NCBI GenBank assembly: GCA_003344405.1
Contig: NOWV01000102.1
Location: 124,001-188,000 of the forward strand
Source of the DNA: Trichoplax sp. H2
Taxonomy: Eukaryota
Length of the DNA: 64,000 nucleotides
Direction of reading: 5' to 3'
Shown: one piece after another, positions 54,101-64,000 of the stretch
Layout: each line of letters starts with the position of its first letter
Position numbering within the stretch: position 1 is the first letter of the stretch
The notes under the pieces: generated by a model
What the model saw: only the letters and a program-made list of their open reading frames with translations
Database searches by the model: none
What the model was told of the DNA's origin: nothing
Program-made: the position numbers and the translations under genes

Positions 54101-56834
54101 CTTACAAATGAGAATATAAGCTATTGGAAACAAGATAAGAACCAAACACAAGCATTACATTAGTATTACACTAAATTTGTAAAATCCATTACTTGCTCAA
54201 AAGTACCAATCATTTCTTGTTTTTGCAACCGTAAATTTGTGACTGGTCTAATCATACGAGCTGGGGACGTAAAAAGATACAATCCGTTGTAGAGACCGCT
54301 AATTCCGTCATGGACTAATGCAATCTCCGTAGATGGATCAACCTACATCGGATGGCATGATGGATTACTTAGTTTTTATTTATGTGCTGTTGCTATCCTC
54401 CTCGAAATTTATATTGTATGTTAAAAGGACAAGGATGAATTACTGAAGCTTACCATATCCATGTTATTTATCTTTAGATATCGTAATTTATCGGCGATTT
54501 CTTTTCCAATTTCCTTCTGAATATACCCCACAATTTTGCCGTCTAATATTACTACATGCGCGGAACTATATTCAATAAGTGGATCCGATAATGATAGCAT
54601 TCCCAACTCATACAGCGTGCTAACTAACTTAGTTGTATCAGACATTTTGGTTACGACCTATATTTGCAAGATAGGAAATCCTTTCAATCTTTATTTTTTC
54701 TCAATGTAAGCCTATTAAATGTGTACGAGTATATACAGTATTGAGTAAAAAAACAGACGCGACTGAACCTACTTTGCAGCTAGCCGCTAAATGATTCAAC
54801 AAACCACATGGAGCACCATCAGGGGTATGAACGGGACAGAGAAACCCTAAATTATCAAGAAAGGCATTAAATTGCAAATATTATTAAATCTATTTGCTAG
54901 TAATATATCCATGCTCGTAAATTGCAAGAGAAGTTTATGTGCACTCCTGCTTTGGCTCGTCATCATGTATCGACATGCTTACCCCAAGCTTCAGGAAGTA
55001 ACTTACGAACAGCTGTGGTACGCATTTCAGTAAAGAAACTACCCCGATGAACACTTCGAAAATGTGATACAAATCTCATAAAATTTAACCGATCAGCTAC
55101 CAGAACATAACCTGCAACCTTGATACAAAAGAGAAAACATACAATTAGAAACCCCTCGAAGCAATGTAATGTAGTATAACACGATAGTAACCTGCATTAA
55201 GCCTAAATCAGCCCTAGCGACTAAATTCCCTGTGGCCAAAAAATACTCTAGTTGATTCGGTATATTAGTACCATTATTTGCAGCTCTAACTATAGCATCT
55301 GCAAGATAGAATCATTGTACTTATATATTTCTATTTAGAAACATAACCAAGCAAGCTACTTCGTTAAGTGAAAATATGGGTCTTTATCTAAAGTAACTGC
55401 GAGTACAATTACATAAATCAAATAGCAATAAATACTTTCTAATTTTTCATCGTTGGTTTTTGCCATATACTTCAAAATTAAATTCTTAACCCTCGATAGC
55501 CATAATTCTAATTTTTCCTGTAATTACCAAGCCATCAGTTAATTAGCATACAATAGCTAGATCAGAAATGACACTAGTAACATGATACTGTATAATGATA
55601 AATGATCACTTACTTTTAATACCATTGAGTACATATGACCACCTAAGAGAATTTCTTGATTCATTGGACTATCTTGTGACTCTATTTGACACTCGCCATT
55701 TGCAACTGCGTATAATTTTCGAATCATGTAACTGTATAACATAAAACATATTAACTGTTTAATAATCATAACTACGGAAATGAGAAAACATTTTTCTTAA
55801 AAATTTTAACTATGATATACTTACATAAGTAAATTAAATTTATCTTCATTTCTATCCAGGTGAACAGCTATACAGTTTCTAAGGTTATTAAAAAGGCAAT
55901 TAGACATCAATATTGCGGTAAAGAGTAATTAAGGCCCATTTAAACAATAAATAACGCATTGGATTGCCAGATTTTATTTACTTCAATAAATAATTAGCAA
56001 CATCGGCATCATAGGTCCATTCCGGTAGATTCATTTTAACACGAAATTTTTCTCCTTGATTTAAGTAAACAATTAGAGTTCTTACATTGTATGTTGATTC
56101 ATAATATAGAATGTCACACCAATTAAATACTGAAGAAACGAACTTCTTAATTATCTTGGCTAATGCTACACATTAATGCTATCTCCTCACCGATATGATT
56201 AAGAATATCGTCCTGTGTATGAAGCATTTCTTTCTGAAATGCATGTAGCATGGCTTCTACACACCTACATAGCAATATAAGTTAACATCGAGGTACTATT
56301 AATTCGATGGACTGTCATCCTTAACCAATTTTCGTATTTGAATTTCAAAGTCATAATTTTAATTACGCTTTAGTATGGGAGTTATCTTCATTGCCTTTGA
56401 CAATTTCAGAAAATATGAAATAGTCGGTGGTTCGAATTAAAGCCTGTTAAATTTGTACCAAAAACGACGTTGATTAGTAACACCGTTAAGTAAAAATTGC
56501 ACTACGTTTAAAATAAACTAGCCTTTAGAATGAATACAACTGGTATAAAGAATAATTCTTTTCGATAAGGAATAGCAAGAATGCAAACACCATCTGATCG
56601 ATAATGCAATGTCATTCTCTAAAGGTATAAAAGGAAAATATATGGTATAAAGATATATATTTATTGTGATATTAGTTTATATCGAATGATAAAATTTAAA
56701 ATAAATTTCGAAACACCCTATTAAGATCTTACAGCAGCGGATTGATCTCTACGAACGCAGCGTATGATAATACCATATTCCGAAAATGATGCTCCAATAT
56801 TTTTCCAAGATGGACGCGATATTGCCATAGGCTA

Positions 56835-56877
<43 letters not shown>

Positions 56878-58990
56878 TTCATAGAAAGTATAAATTATGG
56901 ATTGATAATTTATAGGCAAACGTATCAATTGAGTAACTTTAATTTTGGTCGTAACGATAAATTACGAAGAGAATTAAATATTGGAATAGTACCAGCTACC
57001 ACTAAGATGCTTACGTAATTCCTCCTCGGTAGTACTATCATTCGTATGACTTTTTCTAAGCCATTAACTATAAAATATCCACCAGCTTCCTGCAGTGGTC
57101 AGATCGTTCATACAACAAGTATTAGCGTTGTATAGTATTGTGGTAGAATAATATCACGATAGTTGTAACATAAAATAGCACTTTAATATCTTAGTATAAT
57201 GGCTAATCAAATACGTTGTAACAGAAATTGCAAGATGGTCAATTTTACGAATACTTACTTCAGCTTCATCATGGTGAGCCACTAATTGTTCAGGCGTTAG
57301 ATTATACAGTGAGCAATTCTTACACTATATTAATTCGGTAGTAGCAAATACGCTATGTAAACAAGTTGGAAATTTTCGGAATGCATTATAACAATAGCTG
57401 TCAATTACAGACCTTGACCATCATTGGGATGCGACCAAGAGGTATTCCTAACGATCCAGAAGTTTCTCCATCGACATCCCAATTGATAGTAACTTGAAAA
57501 TTTGCACCATAAGTTGATCCTAGTTCTCTACACTACAATATATATATAACAATTTATCACTGAAATGTTCGTAGACTCTTTTAGTGTTTGCATACAGTCT
57601 TAGCTTTATCATAGTGACGAGTATAGTTTATAATAATTCTCTTTCTATCAATTAAAAGTATAGTTGTTTTGCCATAGGATATATGTTATTCAATCAAACC
57701 TCTGCTGGATAAAGTATTGTATTGGATGAATAGCTGCCAGCTTCGCTAACAGTTGGCTTACCAATTAAAGCATCCTAAGCAAATATAGAGAAATCGTTCA
57801 AATTAGCTAAGCAGCTTTAGGATTCTATGAAGTTTGATACGAGATTGACTTCAATTGTTAGTGGTATAATTGTCATGGCTACCTTGAAGTATATTGAAAT
57901 TCGGCGGCCATCATTTAGTTGCAATTCTTCCTGTCTAATATCCTAATACGTTCAATAGTTTATCCATTTTTTTACGTATTAATTACACATGCAAATAGCA
58001 TTGATTACGACAAGGCTAACCCTATACCACTTGATAAGCCGTGACAAGTGCATGCATTCAAATTACTTCGACCATATGATTAAGGTTAAGCAAGAGTTTA
58101 AGTTACAGGATCTTTATACCACTATCTATTGATGCAAGAATACCTTAACAGCCGCAGAAAGACCATCTCGTAGTAAGAAATTGAATGACTCTATATGAGG
58201 TTGGACGAATTCTTGCAAATACTAAAAAGTATTCGTAGTTAGTAAAATATGAAATGGGCTGAAATTGGAAATTTAATAGGCGATGGATAGCTAGATTGCA
58301 GGGACAATAACGGACATACGAGTATTAATTATACGTATAGACAGAACTATTGGAGTATGATCCATTCTTGTATATGCTATACTACAGTCTACGAAACCAA
58401 TACACAGTTAGTCAAGCACGAAATGAGCTACAATCCAAATTGGATACGAATAAACAGCTCGATCATCGAGGTAAAGAGCAACTATGTCATTTAAGCAGAC
58501 TGTAATCAATGTCAAACTATCCACTGACTTTCATTGTATCAACAACTTAGGAGAAGGTAAGCCATTGGAGCATACGATCGCTATCTTTGTCCTATACTGT
58601 ATTAAGATCGAATAGACACTTGTACAGTATGAGTCTACATGCATGCAAACAGCAGCTAGTGTATCATCTTTGATGCAGTCCATTTCAATGGCATTAACAG
58701 TCTCCAACTCATCCTAAGGATACCAACATTTGTATGCTATTCAACACACACTGACTCTCTCTTAGTCCAAGGACTACAAACTACCAAGTCCACTACTGAA
58801 GATATTTTCTCCCAGGTCGATTGAGATATTTGCAACATCGAGCAGGGACTGTTCAGAGAAATTCAAAGGTCTATTGAAGGAGTATTTCTGCAGTAAATAC
58901 CTTATTTTGCGTTGCAGCCAGTCTACCGTAATCCTTACATGTTAAATTGGAATAGCTTGGCATTTGGTTTCTTTTTTCTTTTTCTGGCAT
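51117..58990 (-). CDS. POLR1B: DNA-directed RNA polymerase I second-largest subunit RPA2 (many short exons)
   Basis: [139 protein letters not shown] and a C-terminal Zn ribbon. ATG 58990, stop 51117-51119. Confidence 0.96.
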
Positions 58991-59204
58991 CTTGTTGGAC
59001 TTTCACTTCGATTTCTACAGGAATAAATCAATTTGATCCACAAGCTTCGGCCAAGACAAAACCCAATGGCAGCCAATGCCTATGGACAGCTCTGTTGTCG
59101 GTATGCAAAGTCGTCTGTGCTCAAGTGGTGTCACTGACGATAGCAAGTGAATGAAGCTTGCGAGCGTCACGATGGTAGTATCACCCCCCACCCTCACCGT
59201 CTTG

Positions 59205-59805
59205 CAGGTGCTATAACGTCCATGTGCCTTCCATTGCTACACTGATAGACTAGTAAATCAATACCGTACCATGGTACAGTACGCTGTTACAACAGGACCG
59301 TTCCATTCCTACACTGATAAACAATACAGTACCATGTACACTACGCTGCTAGAACAGGACCGTACATGGGACGTCAATGGTCCGTACCTCTGGGTTCTGT
59401 AGCCTATGCTTCTTGCTCTAGAACGTCCATGTGCCTTCCATTCCTACACTGCTAGACTACTAAAACAATACAGTACCATGGTACACTACGCTGTTAGAAC
59501 AGGACCGTGCATGGGACGTCACTGGTCCGTACCTCTGGATTTCTGTAGCCTATGCTTCTTGCTACTACACAGCTACACTACGCTGGTAGGACAGGACCGT
59601 ACATGGGACGTCACTGGTCCGTACTTCTGGGGTTCTGTAGCCTATGCTTCTTGCTCCTACTGTACAGTGTACACTACGCTGTTAGGACAGACTACTAAAA
59701 CAGTACAGTAGCATGGTACATTACGCTGTTAGAACAGGACCGTGCATAGGACGTCACTGGTCCGTACCTCTGGGGTTCTGTAGCCTATATGCTTCTTGCT
59801 CCTAT
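59205..59805. repeat. Complex tandem repeat (units ~92-145 bp) between the POLR1B and AMPK beta starts
   Basis: Core TACGCTG..AG.ACAGGACCGT.CAT.GGACGTCA.TGGTCCGTAC.TCTGG..TTCTGTAGCCTATGCTTCTTGCT at ~59341, 59486, 59578 and 59721, plus partial copies. Confidence 0.93.
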
Positions 59806-60883
59806 CCGAGAATCCGATAGTCGATCTGTATGGTACTTTACTGTACTTGTGCTCAAGTGGTGCCATTCAATCTTCAGTGTTGAAATAACTCAAGAATTCA
59901 GTATAAAATTTCAGCCTAGTTAAACGTGTTTTATTCCAACACTGCTCGTATTAGTAGAAAAATGTCATACAACTTATCATAGTCTGCCATCATCGAGCTT
60001 TCAATTGGACTGTATTGATTTATAGACCTGATCAGCATGGTATCAGTACACACTACTGTACACAGTGTAGGGTGTGCTTCTGCTGAACCAGCTGGACAGA
60101 CACCTCATGAAAAATTGTCAGCAATCCCCGATATCATGACAATGGATCTAGTGCTCTAGAAACCTTTTAAACTGTCAGTGGACGTTTGAAAAATTTTCTA
60201 GGACAAGATTTTTGGACTCGTTTCTATCACAGCTGTGATCAATGTTGTATGCCTGTTACGAGTATCCACCTCTATACTCATATGTGTTCGATGCAACCAA
60301 AGTTAGTTGTTGCATTGAGAGGTTCGCTTGGTATCGTCATTGATCTCTCTACAGTATATTAGCTGGATTTATCTGTCGCAGTAATAAAGTTCCTTTTTTC
60401 GATCGGCTACCATCTGTACTTCGTTATATGAATAGCATCACAATCGATGTAGTCCTGTATAAGCCAAACCTTGGACTACTAGAAATCACTCCCATCCTGT
60501 AATATTTCTAGTAGTCCATTGGCAAAGCGATCAGTAGATGGGGGATACTACTGGCAAATAGCAATTGGCGATTTCTGGATACAGACGTGCGGACGGCTGA
60601 CATTGAGTTCAGCACAGCCATGCCATACGGTATAATCGCATCACAACGACTTGACCGCTTTACTATCGCTCCAATCGCTTGAATCCGTTGTTAAGTAATC
60701 AAAAGTGATTTTTTTTTGTACTGTACTAGTAGGGGTTATTGTCATTTCTAATACAATACGTTAAAACTCATTGACAATTTTTTTCCACTCCTTCAATCGT
60801 TTACCTTCCAATCGAAGCTGTAAATTGATTGATGATTTCCTTGTTTATTACTATTTTCAATCGATAGACAATTTTAAGAGAGT

Positions 60884-62788
60884 ATGGGGCAATCAAATTC
60901 ATCACGATCAGCTCCACCATCAAGCCCTACCAGTCCTACCCAGACCACAGCACCTGTACAAGCTCGGCCACGCTCGAAGACAACCCAAACACGTCCACAA
61001 ACTGCGAACGTGACGACTAAAATTAAGCAAGAAGAAGTAATTCCATCTTCTCCAGTATTTGGTTCACCGTTAGAAGAAAACGATTTCTTTATTTCTAAAA
61101 GCTCACCGCATAATGAATCGATCAGTTCCGATCTTGTAGTAGAAGTGGACAAGGATAAACTACCTACGGTCTTTCGTTGGTCAGGAGGTGGAAGCAGTGT
61201 TTACGTTGCAGGAACATTCACCAATTGGAAGAAAATACCTTTGGTCAAGAGGTAACCATCACGTCATAACGTCCAATTTTAGACTACTTGAATACTTAAA
61301 CTTACACTTTGAGTTACTGTTGGCGATAAAATACTTGATATGAGCTAATAATGTCAATAAATCACCATGTACAAGTGACCAATCGATGCTAACCATAAAT
61401 AAAAAATACTTACTTTACTAGCGTCATTCATGCTACCCATATTGTTACGGTATCACTTTGAGATACAGCGTACCAATAATTGTTAAGATAATTAAAACTC
61501 ATTTTCTACTTTCTTTCCTCTTGCTCATTCCTCCAATGTGACCTTAACTTCGCACTATACCATCATGGCTAAAGTCATAGCAATTTTGTCACCATTCTTG
61601 ATATCCCTGAAGGTGAACATCAGTTTAAATATTTTATTGATGGAAATTGGAGACACGATGAGAATCAAGTGAGTATCACCAATATCTACAGTATAATTAA
61701 TTAATAGAAAATTACAATCAATAAAGTAGTCGATACTCTTTTCTTCCTGTTGTAAAGACGAATTAATTATAACCAACTGCCATAATACTGTAGCGTTCTA
61801 ATTGGAACAACGCTAAAATGTTTCTATGTCGCTGTAGTCAATTTCAGCTCTTACATGCAATGTGGTATCACATTTCTTATTTATTAAATGTACACTTATT
61901 TTAACAACTAAGAGAATACGGATATTAATATGCATCTACATACGGCTATATTTTCATCTAATAACTTGTCTATATTGGATACCCAATTTGTAGAAAGTCA
62001 TACCTGATCCTTATGGTGGTGTCAACAATATTTTAAATGTGCAAAAGAGCGATTTTGATTTAGATTCAATCGAAGCTGACTCAGGTAACGAGAAGAACGT
62101 ATAGAAAACCAACTATCACGATCGACTTTGTTTTCAATTTTTTTAACAATGAACGATCTACATGTCTGTATCTACTTATTCCATATTATTGTGATAGTGA
62201 CTCGTATAAGAACGAACAAGTTGATCATTTCTGATATGCCTGTTTGTACATTAATTACTTGTATTATTGTGCAGGTAAGCTTTCCAGTTCACCAGATGGA
62301 AGTTACACCTCAGAAATACCAGCTACTCTACAGGGTTCTCAGGCTGCCCCACCAGTCTTGCCACCACATCTCCATTATGTCTTATTAAATCAAGACCCGC
62401 CATTACAGGTAATCATTTTGTAATAGAGCTTATAACCTAATATATGTCTTTACTTTGTCCATTTATACTGTATGTTAATTTTTACAATAACATTCACATA
62501 TCATACTCTATTGATGTACTATGATATCTATACTCAATAGGGAGAGCCGACAATATTGCCCGAGCCTAACCACGTTAGTTTGAATCATCTGTATGCTCTA
62601 TCTATTAAGGTACTATAATAACTTTTGTTTTTTTTAAAGCATGCTACATTTTAAGAATGCTAGCCCACATTGCAATTATCAGGCTGATATCGTCTTCCTT
62701 CATTTAATAGGATAGCGTTTTAGTGCTTGGAGTTACACATCGCTACAGGAAAAAATATGTTACCACGTTGTTATATAGGCCATTATAA
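60884..62788 (+). CDS. PRKAB1: 5'-AMP-activated protein kinase beta subunit. Exons ~60884-61251, 61575-61668, 61994-62084, 62275-62408, 62541-62609, 62711-62788
   Basis: Myristoylation-type start MGQSNS, CBM48 (PTVFRWSGGG..VYVAGTFTNW.KIPLVKSHSNFVTILDIPEGEHQFKYFIDGNW), SSSPDG, PPVLPPHL and the ASC domain (LPEPNHVSLNHLYALSIKDSVLVLGVTHRYRKKYVTTLLYRP). Confidence 0.96.
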
Positions 62789-64000
62789 CAGTATTTCTTT
62801 CAATTAAACTTTATTTCTCAATTCAAACTAAAAGCAACACTTGGATCGCCGCCGCTGTTAATTTCAAGAGTTGCTTAATACTACCAAAGTAAGCTTTGCT
62901 TGAGATACTATCAACTATAAGTCGATAAACTTTATACCTGCTTATGTACAGTACCATGTAGTTTTTACTTTCGCTGAAAGTAATTTATACTCATACCTGA
63001 AAGTGAATAGGGTCAAATATAAATTAAACTAGGAAAATATAAAACAATATCACACCTTTTTGTAGATATGTCGATGTTATGCATGATAATTTTTATGTTG
63101 CTTCATCACATATTAATTATTGGTCATTCTCTAGTAGTGTTTGAAGTGAGTTCGATACAGCTTGATAAAGTGCAAGGTCATTTCGTATTTGTGATTGCAA
63201 TATACCTTAAAAAGTATAGCGCGAGGAACAGAAAAACTTTTGTTCTTTTATACTATGTAATCTTAACATGTGCACTTGCATGCAGCACTAAATCTGGTCC
63301 GCTAAACTGAAAAACACTAAAATTACAAGTCAACAAATTTCTTATGCAATGTAATCAAGTTTATTAATGTATTACCATTATGAGATGAATGTCAATTGTA
63401 CAATATGAATTATCGAATAAGTATAAATTAAATCTGTTTTATGATTTTAAATTCTGTACGAATAAATCAGATAAATGCCTATTTTATGGCCATCTAAAAA
63501 TTAAATTAGCCTCAATTTTTTGAATTAAAAATTAATTCGTAGCACCGGAAAAAAATAATTTCTAAATACAATGCGTTAAAAAAGATGCGAAACATTATAG
63601 CAGTAACTGTAATCCATCTATTTTCATTTGTAAACTTTCAAGGTCAATAGATAAATGTAAGCATAAGTTTTAACTACGTTTCCTAAACTATAAAATACGC
63701 GCTTATTAATATAACCTTGCACCGTAAAGACAAATACTCAAATGAGCACGCAGTTACTGTATGCTGCATAAATCAACATAGAACTACTCCATTTACCAAA
63801 TACAGATATCATCACCATAACCCACGACAGTAATTTAGAACATTGTACCATAGCAACTAGAGTAGTACTCGTATAACTATTCAGCTAAATAGTGAATGTT
63901 GCTATACAAACGAATAACGCCTTTTGACACATCTACGATATCTATCAGATATACGTGTATCAGTTTCCTGTTTGCGTCAATACAAATTTAAAAGGATAAA

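Noticed and set aside
59406..59711. 101-aa ORF
   Set aside because: It is a translation of the tandem repeat.

Overview
AT-rich eukaryotic DNA with compact, intron-dense genes of clearly metazoan type. The small introns, low GC and gene set are consistent with a placozoan such as Trichoplax; this is an inference, not verified. I reconstructed eight spliced genes by hand: the 3' part of an LRP5/6-like Wnt co-receptor (+), a KIF6-like kinesin-9 with a long tail ending in an IQ motif (+), a CLK/LAMMER kinase (+), a SULF1/2-like extracellular sulfatase (-, spanning an assembly gap with a probable haplotype duplication), IFT43 (+), a USP53/54-like deubiquitinase (+), POLR1B/RPA2 (-) and AMPK beta (+). 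There is also one tRNA-Ser(CGA). The main non-coding features are: a 78/51-bp minisatellite field containing a segment inverted exactly at a quasi-palindromic core of the repeat unit; RFX X-boxes upstream of both ciliary genes; a frameshifting CLK cassette-type exon behind an unusually long, hairpin-rich intron; a hairpin/CRE-like repeat array in the POLR1B-AMPK beta divergent promoter; and many decayed local tandem duplications. Most entries in the supplied ORF track are exon fragments or spurious.
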